From positions 1-64,000 of the forward strand of contig CBDUPA010000007.1 in the NCBI GenBank assembly GCA_965368975.1: a stretch of 64,000 nt of DNA, in the 5' to 3' direction. The stretch is from an uncultured bacterium (GTDB lineage: Bacteria > Acidobacteriota > Thermoanaerobaculia > Multivoradales > JAHZIX01). The translations under genes were made by a program, and so were the position numbers. Positions 19,943-29,368 of the stretch are shown here, piece by piece. How positions within the stretch are numbered: position 1 is the first letter of the stretch; each line of letters opens with the position of its first letter. The notes under the pieces are model-generated. The model saw only the letters and a list, made by a program, of their open reading frames with translations, did not search any database and was not told the DNA's origin.

Positions 19943-21328
19943 TCACTTGCAGGTCTTGTTGCCGGGCTTGCCCTTGCACTTGTTCGAGCAGCACTCGCTG
20001 TCCGAGGTGCAGCTGGCCCCGACAGACAGGCAAGCAGGCGGTGGTGGCGGTGGTGGCGGTGGGGTCCCTGCCGTGGTGCCGCAGGCCGGCACGCTGCTGC
20101 CGACATCCGCGACGATCAAGTCCATCGCGACGCCGGTGTTGGTGCAGCCGCCACAGTCGTGCAGCGCGACAACCGCGTGGTCGCTGTAGGCCAGCACCGG
20201 CGATCCCGAGCTGCCACCCTGGGTATCGGCGTAGTAGCCGACATTGGAGCCGGACCGGCAACCGTTGTCGTTCAAGTTCTGGACCCGCGCGAAGCCATTG
20301 TCTGCGCTGTGCGAGGACTCGAACGAGATGCGCTTGCCCCAGCCCGCCGGGTGGCCGACGATGTAGATCTGCTCACCGAGCGCCGGCCCGCTCGAGCGCG
20401 CCTGCAGATAGCCGTAGGTGTTCGACAGGTTGCTGCCGGTACCAGGATCGATCAGCGCGTAGTCGAGGTTGTAGTCGCCAGCCAGGAAGGTTCCGCCGCT
20501 GGCTTCGATGACGCCGCCGCACGCCGCCCGGCTGGTGCAGTTGGTGCTGCAGGAACCGCCCTCGGCCATGAACTCGAAGTCCGAGTTGTCGAGTTCGGTC
20601 TGGTTGGCGATGCAGTGGTAGTTGGTCATGATCTGGCCGTCGCAGCCCCACAGCCAGGCGGTGCACCAGGTGACGCCGTTGAGCCAGTGGCGGGCCACGG
20701 CACGGCCGGCGTTGTAGACGTCCGGCTCAGTGCTCTGGTAGCACTTGGCTTCTCTTGAGTTGTCCGACCCACAGATGGACTTGTCGCTCTGCTGGAGCGG
20801 TCGCGGCAGGTTCATCGTTTCGCCCAGGCCCAGGCTCCAGAACATGTCGATCTCGGCCTCGGAATAGCCGCGGGCGTAGTAGTCGATGCTAAAGCCGTAC
20901 GGCGTCTCGCGACTGGTGCGGCCGCGGGTTCCACCGGCCGAATACAGTTCGACGACGACCTTGTCCCCCTTGATGTGGGTGGCGAAGAACCCGTCCTTGA
21001 CGCCCAGGTCGCGGCGGCCTTGCAGCTCGTACGTCCAGTACTGACTATTGTCCTCCGAACGCAGCACCAGGGTGTCTCCGGCCGGCAGGTTGATGTAGTC
21101 GAAGTGGGGGGCCAGGTAGGTGGCGCCCGGGTAGTAGATGAGGTCGGCCCAGACCAACTCCGCCTGGCCGTCGGCACGCTTCGGCGGCGCCGGGTAGTCC
21201 GTTCCCGGTCCGAAGGCCTCGTTGACGTACTCGCCTACGGTTACCTGTGCCATGGCCGGAACGGCCAGTGCGCAGCCCAGGAGCAGCAGGGCCAGGGCCT
21301 GCAACTTGATACTCTTCGCGAAATTCAT
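19943..21328 (-). CDS. Secreted S1 (trypsin-like) serine protease with poly-Pro linker and small Cys-rich tail
   Basis: Catalytic motifs TNYHC, LDYAL, DTQGGSSGSPV. Tail CLSVGASCTSDSECCSNKCKGKPGNKTCK. Start at MNFAKS. Confidence 0.85.
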   Translation of the reverse strand: MNFAKSIKLQALALLLLGCALAVPAMAQVTVGEYVNEAFGPGTDYPAPPKRADGQAELVWADLIYYPGATYLAPHFDYINLPAGDTLVLRSEDNSQYWTYELQGRRDLGVKDGFFATHIKGDKVVVELYSAGGTRGRTSRETPYGFSIDYYARGYSEAEIDMFWSLGLGETMNLPRPLQQSDKSICGSDNSREAKCYQSTEPDVYNAGRAVARHWLNGVTWCTAWLWGCDGQIMTNYHCIANQTELDNSDFEFMAEGGSCSTNCTSRAACGGVIEASGGTFLAGDYNLDYALIDPGTGSNLSNTYGYLQARSSGPALGEQIYIVGHPAGWGKRISFESSHSADNGFARVQNLNDNGCRSGSNVGYYADTQGGSSGSPVLAYSDHAVVALHDCGGCTNTGVAMDLIVADVGSSVPACGTTAGTPPPPPPPPPACLSVGASCTSDSECCSNKCKGKPGNKTCK

Positions 21329-21659
21329 CTCCAGAACTCCTCTCAGGGTTTGAAATGGCTGTATGACGAGCCCCGCGGCCGATCCGCTGGGCTGCCATCG
21401 AGCCTTGATAGAGCGTGCGAACGGACCCTGAAATGAGAGTGAAGAAGCGCCGCTTCCGTGTCTCCTTCGGTGACACGTGCCTTCTTCGATGACATCTGAT
21501 AAATGGTCGAGCACTACATCAGGCCGCCCGCAAAGGCGGTGTGTATTGTTGTCCTGACCCCAACGCGAGAACCTGGCGTAAATCTGCTCACGGCCGGAAC
21601 TCCAGAGTGAGCTCCAGAGTCGATTGATTTCGCCTTGGGTCAGCAGGTATCGGGACGAG

Positions 21660-21698
21660 AAAAAATAAGCCGGCCTTTCCCCGTCAGAAAGGCCGGCT
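21660..21698 (-). terminator. Rho-independent terminator
   Basis: 12-bp stem AGCCGGCCTTTC/GAAAGGCCGGCT followed by TATTTTTT on the minus strand, 30 nt after the stop at 21729. Confidence 0.8.
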
Positions 21699-21728
21699 GA
21701 ACACTAGGGTGAGAGACCCAGTCTCGCC

Positions 21729-22631
21729 TCAGAGGCTGGGCTTGTAGGTTGCGACCGAGTTCTGCATGCGCGTGGCCTGGTCCGCCGTGAAGTGGTCCAT
21801 GCAGGCGTCGTCGGTGTAGTCCATGAAGTTGAAGATCGGGTCGTCACCACCGCCGGAGCAGGTGTCGCGACCGACCGGGCAGCCGTAGGCCGGCGAGGCC
21901 TCGTACGGGGTGTCGGCGACGGAGTCGCCTGGGTTGTTACAGCCACCCTGGAAGGTGTGGTAAAGGCCCAGGTAGTGCCCGACCTCGTGAGGCAGGGTGT
22001 CACCCAGGTTGTACGGCGCAGCCGACCCACCGGGCAGGCTCGAGTGTAGGATGACAACGCCGTGCTGGTAGTTGTCTTCAGAGTACGACCACGGGAAGGT
22101 GGCACGGCCGAGCAGGCCGGAGGGGCTGCAGCTGTAGACGTTGAGCGTGTGGGCGGGATCTACGGCCAGGGATTGGCGGATCTTGCGCTCGGTACCCTTG
22201 CGGGCACAGGTGCTGAACCAGCGGCTGTCGTTGGTGCGCGTGGTCGTCAGGTGGGTGAAGGAGAAGCCGGTGCCGACGAAGCTGTTGTTGAGCACCTGCA
22301 TCTGGTTGGTGATCTGGGCGTCGGAGACGTTGCCCGTCGAACCGCTGTGGATCACGTGGAAAGCCACTGGGATGACCGTGTTGGCCTTCTCCGGTGCACC
22401 GTTCTCGGCGATGAATCGCTGAATGAACGTGTCGACGGCAGCGGCGGTGTGGGCGTCGACCTTGGGTGCGCCGCAACGAGTGCCTCGCACCAGCTCGCCC
22501 TGGGCGTCCAGGAAGTGGATGTCATGGGTGGCCTCGGGCGCGTCGGTACGGCTGACACGGTCGGCGGCCAGCGCCGTGAAGGCGCTACAGAGCAGGAAGG
22601 CTGCAGAGAGAATCGAGATCTGCTTTCGCAT
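21729..22631 (-). CDS. M43 (pappalysin/ulilysin-like) zinc metalloprotease
   Basis: HEVGHYLGLYHTF, Met-turn NFMDY, propeptide Cys (TRCG) and signal peptide. Confidence 0.9.
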   Translation of the reverse strand: MRKQISILSAAFLLCSAFTALAADRVSRTDAPEATHDIHFLDAQGELVRGTRCGAPKVDAHTAAAVDTFIQRFIAENGAPEKANTVIPVAFHVIHSGSTGNVSDAQITNQMQVLNNSFVGTGFSFTHLTTTRTNDSRWFSTCARKGTERKIRQSLAVDPAHTLNVYSCSPSGLLGRATFPWSYSEDNYQHGVVILHSSLPGGSAAPYNLGDTLPHEVGHYLGLYHTFQGGCNNPGDSVADTPYEASPAYGCPVGRDTCSGGGDDPIFNFMDYTDDACMDHFTADQATRMQNSVATYKPSL

Positions 22632-22832
22632 GAGAGGGTACTCCTCGGTGCCGGGGATGAGCTGCATCGAACGCCTGGAGACCACCCGGTTCGTTTAGGT
22701 GCTCCAGGACGAACGATGCAGCTCGAACCGGCATTTCCATGGGTTGTCGGATATCGGACCCGAAACTGAAAAGGGAATGGAAACCCCTGAAACTCGGGCG
22801 TGTGAGTTCAGGTGTGTGAGTGATGAGTCGTT

Positions 22833-23753
22833 TTACAGACTCGGCTTGTAGGTGGCGACCGAACTCTGCATGCGGCTGATCTGGCCCGCCGTGAACTCGT
22901 TCATGCAGTAGTTGTCGCTGTAGTCCATGTAGTTGGTGATTGGGTCCAGGCCGCTGGACGCGCAGCTGTCGCGACCGACCGGGCAACCGCTGGCGGGCGA
23001 GGCCTCGTAGGGAGTGTCGGCGACCGAGTCGCCGGGTGCCGAGCAGCCGCCCTGGAAGGTGTGGTAGAGGCCCAGGTAGTGGCCCGTCTCGTGCACCATC
23101 ACGTCGCCCTCGTTGTACGGTGCGGCGGTGCCGCTGGGCAGGGTCTGGTGGTGGACCAGCACGCCGTGGCGGTAGCTATCTTCCGGGTAGGACCAGGGGA
23201 ACGTAGCTCGGCCGAGCAGGCCGCCCGAGGGAGCACAGGAGTAGATATTGAAGTGCGTGGCCGGATCGACGGCCAGGGCCGAGCGCATCTGGTTCTCGTT
23301 GTTCGGCTGGTCGCAGCGGTCGAACCAACCACGGTTACTGGTGCGGTCGATGCTGGCAAGAGTGAACGAGAAGCCGGTGCCGGCAAACGCGGTGTTCATC
23401 CAGGCGATCTGGTCCTGAATGTCCTGATCACTCAGGTTTCCCTGGGTCTGGCCCCGGTGCGTCTTGGTGATCACGTGCCAGGCGACCTGAACGTTGACCG
23501 TGGCCTTGTCCGGGGCGCCGTTCTCGGCGACGTACTGCCGGATCAGCGTGTCGACGGCTTCCTGAGTGCGCGCATCCGGGGCGGGGACGCCGCACAGCTG
23601 GCCGCGGACGATGTCACCGTGGTCGTTGAGGAAGTGGATGTCCTGGGCGGCTCCGGACGCGTCGTTGTGACTGACGCGTTGGTCCGAAGCCTGCGTCGCC
23701 ACGGCGCCGCAGATCAAGAAGGCTGCACACAGAGTCGAGAGTTGCTTGCGCAT
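22833..23753 (-). CDS. M43 zinc metalloprotease (tandem paralogue)
   Basis: HETGHYLGLYHTF and NYMDY. Same C-terminus (SVATYKPSL) as the neighbour; start at MRKQLS. Confidence 0.9.
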   Translation of the reverse strand: MRKQLSTLCAAFLICGAVATQASDQRVSHNDASGAAQDIHFLNDHGDIVRGQLCGVPAPDARTQEAVDTLIRQYVAENGAPDKATVNVQVAWHVITKTHRGQTQGNLSDQDIQDQIAWMNTAFAGTGFSFTLASIDRTSNRGWFDRCDQPNNENQMRSALAVDPATHFNIYSCAPSGGLLGRATFPWSYPEDSYRHGVLVHHQTLPSGTAAPYNEGDVMVHETGHYLGLYHTFQGGCSAPGDSVADTPYEASPASGCPVGRDSCASSGLDPITNYMDYSDNYCMNEFTAGQISRMQSSVATYKPSL

Positions 23754-23880
23754 GAGTAAGGGTTCTCCATCTTGTAAGTTGAGTCGGACCCGAAACGAGA
23801 GCACATGGGAAGGAGAGACAAGGCGTGGGGACCGCAGGTGCGTGACTTCCGTTGGTCCCCACGCCTCGAGGAGGCTCGTA

Positions 23881-24183
23881 TCAGCCGCAGATAGCGACCT
23901 TGTCGGAGCAGCAGTCGCCCCAGAAGGAGCAGGAGCTGTCGCACCAGCAGCCACCCGACGCCTGACCGCCGCAGTTGCCGACGCAGGAGTCGGGGCCGCC
24001 GCCGCCGCTGGAGGTCTCGCAGACGTCGACACTGGAGGCCCAGCCGTAGTTGGCGCCGACGTTCGAAACACAGGTTGTGCCGCTGGAGCACTCGCTGTCG
24101 CTATCGCAGTCGCCTTCGCCGTCGTCACAGGGGCAGGAGGAGGAGCAGTAGCTCCAGTCACCGTTGCTGCCGGTGTGGCAGCT
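23881..24183 (-). repeat. Shared C-terminal cassette, copy 2 of 3
   Basis: Same peptide as copy 1, with mostly synonymous nucleotide differences. Confidence 0.9.
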
Positions 24184-25284
24184 GCTCGGGCCGCCGCTGC
24201 CGCCGTGCGTGCCGTCGACCAGGCCGCTACGGTATGCGTCGAGCGAGCAACGCATGCGGTTGGCCTGTTCAGAGGAGAACTCCCACATGCAGGTGTCCTG
24301 CGTGTAGTTCATGTAGTTGCGGATCGGGTTCGAGCTGCCGCACGAGCTGGAGCTGGTCGGGCAGTTGAACACCTGGCCGGATTGTGCGTTGGTGTCGGCG
24401 ATCAGGTCACCAGTGGTGTAGGGCGAACTGGCCGAGCCGCAGCCTCCCTGGAAGACGTGGAACAGACCCAGGTAGTGCCCGACCTCGTGGGTGCCGGTGC
24501 GGCCCTGGTTGTAGATGCCGCCCGGAGAGTTGCGGCCCACGGACGAGTGCAAGAGCACCACGCCGTCCTGGATCGTGCCCGCATCGGTGGCCGGGAAGGT
24601 GGCGTAGCCGAGGAAGCCGGCCGAGTCGTTGGTGTAGATGTTCAGGTAGTCGGTCGTGTCCCAGTTCAGAGCCTGCTTCATGTCGTTGAAGACGCCCGGA
24701 CCCGGGTCGGTGAAGTAGGCGTTGCTGGTCACGCGGTTGATGCCGGTGGTGGCGTTGCCGCTCGGGTCGGTGCTGGCGAGTACGAACTGGATCTTGGTGT
24801 CGTTACCGGGGGCGCCAGGGGTGCCCGAGAGGGCACGGAAGTCTTCGTTCAGGACGGCGATCTGGCTGTTGACGAAGCTATCCGCGATGTTACCGGTGCC
24901 GTCCGTCTTGCTGATGATGTGGAAGACTACCGGGATGGTCAGCACGGAGCCGCTGCCCGGGTTGAACGCCGACTGGATGGTGGTAGAGCTCATCGAGCAA
25001 TCCGCGGCCGCCTTGTCCCACAACGGAGGGTTGCTCAGGTTGGCGGTCAGCTGGCTGGCGCAACGGTGGCCGCCGTCCTTGAACTGGTCGGAATCCTGCC
25101 AGGCCTGGATGTCTTGGTACCAGAAGCCGTTGGCGGATACCGAACCGTCTTCGAGCACCTCGATGTCGTGATGCGGCTGATCCGCGCCGCGGTCGATGTG
25201 GGTGTTGCGCTGCGCGGTCGCCGGGACGACCACGATGGTGACAAGGAGCAAGCCCATGAGGGCAAGTGAGAAGACTGATCGCAT
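23881..25284 (-). CDS. M43 zinc metalloprotease with Cys-rich + somatomedin-B-like tail
   Basis: HEVGHYLGLFHVF and NYMNY; carries the shared ~100-aa C-terminal cassette. GGAGG RBS. Confidence 0.9.
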   Translation of the reverse strand: MRSVFSLALMGLLLVTIVVVPATAQRNTHIDRGADQPHHDIEVLEDGSVSANGFWYQDIQAWQDSDQFKDGGHRCASQLTANLSNPPLWDKAAADCSMSSTTIQSAFNPGSGSVLTIPVVFHIISKTDGTGNIADSFVNSQIAVLNEDFRALSGTPGAPGNDTKIQFVLASTDPSGNATTGINRVTSNAYFTDPGPGVFNDMKQALNWDTTDYLNIYTNDSAGFLGYATFPATDAGTIQDGVVLLHSSVGRNSPGGIYNQGRTGTHEVGHYLGLFHVFQGGCGSASSPYTTGDLIADTNAQSGQVFNCPTSSSSCGSSNPIRNYMNYTQDTCMWEFSSEQANRMRCSLDAYRSGLVDGTHGGSGGPSSCHTGSNGDWSYCSSSCPCDDGEGDCDSDSECSSGTTCVSNVGANYGWASSVDVCETSSGGGGPDSCVGNCGGQASGGCWCDSSCSFWGDCCSDKVAICG

Positions 25285-25566
25285 GTTTTGTTCCTCCCCT
25301 TCGGAACCACGGTTCCGAGGATCAAAGTGAGCAGTTCGGCTGTGCCGGGCTAGACGTCTAGGGCCCGCAAGTCACGCGTCACCGCTGGGATGAAAGTGGG
25401 CTCGATGCCCAGGGACCCAAATGAGTTGCAGCGAACAAGAAGACAGAACGACGCTGGTTCTCGGCTCCGCCTTGGGGGGGATGGCCCTGCCGCGCTGGCG
25501 GAGCAGGACCATCCCCTTCTGGCTCTGTGGAACTGGGACCGAGAACCACAGGATGGATTGCGGAAC

Positions 25567-25869
25567 TCAGCCGCAGACGGCGACCTTGTCGGAGCAGCAG
25601 TCGCCCCAGAAGGAGCAGGAGCTGTCGCACCAGCAGCCACCCGACGCCTGCCCGCCGCAGTTGCCGACGCAGGAGTCCGGCCCACCGCCGCCACTGGAGG
25701 TCTCACAGACATCGACACTGGACGCCCAGCCGTAGTTGGCGCCGACGTTCGCTACACAGGTGGTGCCACTGGAGCACTCACTGTCGCTGTCACAGTCACC
25801 TTCGCCGTCGTCGCACGGGCAGGAGGCCGAGCAGTAGCTCCAGTCGCCGTTGTTGCCAGTGTGGCAGTT
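25567..25869 (-). repeat. Shared C-terminal cassette, copy 3 of 3
   Basis: Same peptide as copy 1, with mostly synonymous nucleotide differences. Confidence 0.9.
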
Positions 25870-27186
25870 GGTCGGCGGCGGTGGCGGCGGAGTTCCCGTG
25901 GTTCCGCAGGAGGGTAGGTTGCTGCCCACGTCCGAGATGATCAGGTCCATCGCCACGCCGGTGTTGGTGCAGCCGCCACAATCGTGCAGGGCGACCACCG
26001 CGTTGTCGCTGTAGCCGAGCACCGGGGAGCCGGAGCTGCCGCCCTGGGTGTCCGCGTAGTAGTTGACCTTGGAGCCCGAACGGCAACCGGTGCTGTTCAG
26101 GCTGTGCACCTTGGGGTAGCCACCATCCGCGCTGTGGGAGGACTCCAGGGAGATTCGTTTGCCCCAACCTGCCGGGTGACCGACGATGTAGATCTGCTCA
26201 CCGAGTGTCGGGCCGCCGGAGCGCGCTTGCAGGTAGCCGTACGTAGTCGACAAGTTACTGCTCGTGCCCGGATCGATCAGTGCGTAGTCCAGGTTGTAGT
26301 CGCCGTCGATGAAAGTACCGCCACTGGCTGCGATGACGCCGCCGCAGGCCGCCCGGCTCTTACAGTTCGAGCTGCAGGAGCCGCCTTCGGCCATGAACTC
26401 GAAGTCCGAGTTGTCCAGCTGACTCTGATTGGCGATGCAGTGGTAGTTGGTCATGATCTCGCCGTCGCAACCCCACAGCCAGGCGGTGCACCACGTGACG
26501 CCGTTGAGCCAGTGCCGCGCAACCGCGCGCCCGGCATTGTAGGCTCCCGGCTCGCTGCTCTGGTAGCACTTGGCTTCCTTCGAATCGTCCGAGCCACAGA
26601 TCGACTTGTCGCTCTGGTTCAGCGGCTGCGGCAGGTTCATCGATTCACCCAGCCCCAGGCTCCAGTACATGTCGATCTCAGTCTCGGAGTAGCCCCGTCC
26701 GTAGTAGTCGATCTTGAAGCCGTATGCGTGCTCCTGGAGGTCCTGCCGATTTCGGTAGTCGCTCCGGCTGGTTCGCCCTGCCGACTCGCCGCCCGAGAAC
26801 AACTCGATGACGACCTTCTCGCCCTTGATGTGAGTGGCGAAGAACCCGCCACGGGTGCCGAGGTCTCGGCGACCTTGCAGCTCGTAGACCCAGTACTGAC
26901 TGCTGTCTTCGGAGCGCAGCACCAAGCGATCACCCGGCGGCAGGTTGATGTAGCTGAAGTGAGGCGCCAGGTAGGTAGCGCCCGGGTAGTAGATCAAGTC
27001 CGACCAAACCAGCTCCGCACGCCCATCAGCGCTCTTGGTCTGTGGCGGATAGTCGTCTATTCCGGGGCCGAAGCTCTCCTGAACGTATTCGCCCGCCGTC
27101 ACCTGTGCCGATGCTGGTAGCGCCAAGACGAGGCCAAGTAGGCCCAAGCCCATTCCCTGTAGCAGAGTCCTCCTCGCAAATCCCAT
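25567..27186 (-). CDS. Secreted S1 serine protease with Cys-rich + somatomedin-B-like tail
   Basis: Close paralogue of 19943-21328 (TNYHC, DTQGGSSGSPV) but with the shared cassette as tail. AAAGGAGA RBS before the ATG at 27186. Confidence 0.85.
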   Translation of the reverse strand: MGFARRTLLQGMGLGLLGLVLALPASAQVTAGEYVQESFGPGIDDYPPQTKSADGRAELVWSDLIYYPGATYLAPHFSYINLPPGDRLVLRSEDSSQYWVYELQGRRDLGTRGGFFATHIKGEKVVIELFSGGESAGRTSRSDYRNRQDLQEHAYGFKIDYYGRGYSETEIDMYWSLGLGESMNLPQPLNQSDKSICGSDDSKEAKCYQSSEPGAYNAGRAVARHWLNGVTWCTAWLWGCDGEIMTNYHCIANQSQLDNSDFEFMAEGGSCSSNCKSRAACGGVIAASGGTFIDGDYNLDYALIDPGTSSNLSTTYGYLQARSGGPTLGEQIYIVGHPAGWGKRISLESSHSADGGYPKVHSLNSTGCRSGSKVNYYADTQGGSSGSPVLGYSDNAVVALHDCGGCTNTGVAMDLIISDVGSNLPSCGTTGTPPPPPPTNCHTGNNGDWSYCSASCPCDDGEGDCDSDSECSSGTTCVANVGANYGWASSVDVCETSSGGGGPDSCVGNCGGQASGGCWCDSSCSFWGDCCSDKVAVCG

Positions 27187-27560
27187 CGCCAAATCTCCTT
27201 TCAAGTAGATACAGCAGCTGGTGAGCGCCACGACACCATGCCGCGGCGCCACCACCTAGCCAGAAGAGAAATGGACCGGAGAAAGCAAGTCAGGAAAGGC
27301 ATCCCCTGTCAAACCCCGACGACACCTTGAGACAGTCAAGGAAGGCAAGTAGGCCCGAGACTGATTTGAAGCTCCTCTCTATAGAGGAGCCAGAGGATTA
27401 CCTTTCACCTCAACGCGAGAAGGAGCTCGGGACTTGCTCACGATTTGCCAAGAAATCTGCCGGACGGGTTTTCGCCAAGGCACTGGGCAGGCTCCCGGTG
27501 CATGGGGAGTCCGAGTTCTGGCGCGCAGAGACCGGTCTGGCGCAGCGGTGGTGGCTGGCT

Positions 27561-28748
27561 TTAGCGTGAACTGATCGCGCGTCGGAGGAACTTGCCCAGC
27601 CGGTAGTGCCACGTTGGATTTCGGGCCTGCACGGGATACCCCGTCAGATAGCGCCGGATGTCGTCGGCAAGCTGCTCTACCGAGGGGTAGCGCAGCTCTG
27701 GCTTCTGAGACATGGCGGTCAGGACGAGGGCATCCAGGTCTCCACGAAGGTGGCGCTCGAGTTCCTTCGGACTCAACCCGACTCGCCCGAGGAACTCGTC
27801 AAATCCAGTTGCTGCCGCGGCCTCGACGACGCGGCTTGGTGCCAGCGGCTGCGATCTTGCGGTGCCTGTCTTGGTCGTGCCCGGGAAACTACCTTCTAGT
27901 CGATGTGGGTGGTGCCCACTGAGCAGCTGATAGAGCAAGATCCCGAGCGAGTAGACGTCACTGCGCATACCGATCAACAACCCTTGAATCTGTTCTGGAC
28001 TGGCGTACTGAGGCGTCATGGGGCGATACCAGTCGGACGTCGTGGAGACCGGCCACTCCACCGGCTTGGGCCGCAGGAGCTTGGCGATCCCGAAATCGAG
28101 CAGCTTGGGAACGCCCGAGGTGGTCACCAGGATGTTGCTCGGCTTGATGTCCCGGTGGATTACTTGCTGCTGGTGTACGTGCCCGACAGCGCTACAGACC
28201 TGGAGGAACAGATTCAGACGCGCGACCACGTCGAGCCGTCGGTGGTTGCAGAAGGCGTCGATCGACGTCCCGTCCACGTACTCCATTGCGAAGTAGGGTA
28301 GACCTTCCGGAGTGGTACCGTCTTCGAACAGTCTGGCGATATTCGGGTGATCCAGATTGGCCAGGACCTGGTGCTCGGCCAAGAACCGCCGTCGCAGGTT
28401 CGGACCGGTTCGGCGACGAAGAACCTTGATCGCTGCTTGGCTTTGATCGTCGCGGTGGACGGCCAGATAGACGCAGCCTGCTCCGCCTTTGCCGAGCAGT
28501 TTCAGCGGACGATAGGAGCCACACAGAGCTGGCATCGAGTCCGGATCTTCTTGCTCCATCTGGTCGAGCAGAGGAGCTTCCAGGAAGTCGCCCGCTTCGC
28601 GGGCAGCAGCGAGCAGTTCCTCGACGTTGACTCGCAGTTCCTCGTCCTTGCCACACATCTGGGTGAGGCGCTTGTCCCGGTCGTCGGGCTCTAGATCCAG
28701 AACCTGGTCGAAGATCTCCTGGATGCGCTGCCAGCGCTCAGTATCGAT
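27561..28748 (-). CDS. Ser/Thr protein kinase, cytoplasmic (no TM/TPR); apparent ATC start
   Basis: GKGGAG, AAIK, HRDIKP, DFG, YASPE. The frame extends 30 codons upstream of the ORF-track ATG (28658) as IDTERWQRIQEIFDQVLDL, preceded by AAGGAGAGG. Confidence 0.8.
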   Translation of the reverse strand: MDTERWQRIQEIFDQVLDLEPDDRDKRLTQMCGKDEELRVNVEELLAAAREAGDFLEAPLLDQMEQEDPDSMPALCGSYRPLKLLGKGGAGCVYLAVHRDDQSQAAIKVLRRRTGPNLRRRFLAEHQVLANLDHPNIARLFEDGTTPEGLPYFAMEYVDGTSIDAFCNHRRLDVVARLNLFLQVCSAVGHVHQQQVIHRDIKPSNILVTTSGVPKLLDFGIAKLLRPKPVEWPVSTTSDWYRPMTPQYASPEQIQGLLIGMRSDVYSLGILLYQLLSGHHPHRLEGSFPGTTKTGTARSQPLAPSRVVEAAAATGFDEFLGRVGLSPKELERHLRGDLDALVLTAMSQKPELRYPSVEQLADDIRRYLTGYPVQARNPTWHYRLGKFLRRAISSR

Positions 28749-28779
28749 GTCAGCCTCTCCTTGGCGGATGAACGCCGGC

Positions 28780-29346
28780 TCAGCTCAAGCGGCGATAGAG
28801 CCACGCCTTGGCGAGTTGCCACTTACGCGTCACCGTGGCGACGGAGATGTCCTCGGCGGCGGCAATCTCCTGCGCCGTCAGGCCTCCGAAGTACCTCATA
28901 TCGACGATCCGTGCCTGCTGCGGGTCCAACTCCGACAGTACTACCAGCGCTTCGTCCAGCGCCACCAGGTCCGGTGCCCGCTCGACCGCTGCCAGGATCG
29001 CAACATCCTCCAATGGAATGGGGGACAGACTGCCTCCGCGCTTGGCAAAGTGTCGGCGTCGCGCGTAGTCGACCAAAATTCTGCGCATCATCTGTGCCGC
29101 GGTACCCAAGAAGTGAGCCCGGTTGCGCCAACTCACGGCTTTCTGGTCGATCAAGCGCATGTAGGCCTCGTGGACCAGTGCCGAGGCCTCCAGCGTGTGA
29201 TCCAGGCGCTCATGCCGCAGGTAGCCTGAAGCGATACGGCTCAGCTCGTCGTAGACGCGCGCCATCAACGCACCTTGCACCGTCTCGTCGCCTTCGCACC
29301 AGGCGACCAGCATGCGGGTCGTTTCCGACTTGTTCTCCGTTGGCAT
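28780..29346 (-). CDS. ECF sigma factor, kinase-associated type (TIGR02999/ECF43-like)
   Basis: TRMLVAW..GD...VYDELSRIA...HTLEASALVHEAYMRL...RRILVDYAR..KRGG...LDEAL..RYFGGL...W..AKAWL. Confidence 0.9.
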   Translation of the reverse strand: MPTENKSETTRMLVAWCEGDETVQGALMARVYDELSRIASGYLRHERLDHTLEASALVHEAYMRLIDQKAVSWRNRAHFLGTAAQMMRRILVDYARRRHFAKRGGSLSPIPLEDVAILAAVERAPDLVALDEALVVLSELDPQQARIVDMRYFGGLTAQEIAAAEDISVATVTRKWQLAKAWLYRRLS

Positions 29347-29368
29347 TGTCAGGTCCACAGGGGCGATC

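Noticed and set aside
13257-25869. Protease tail repeats as DGR repeats or a mobile element
   Set aside because: Differences are mainly synonymous and not adenine-patterned; no inverted repeats or target duplications seen.
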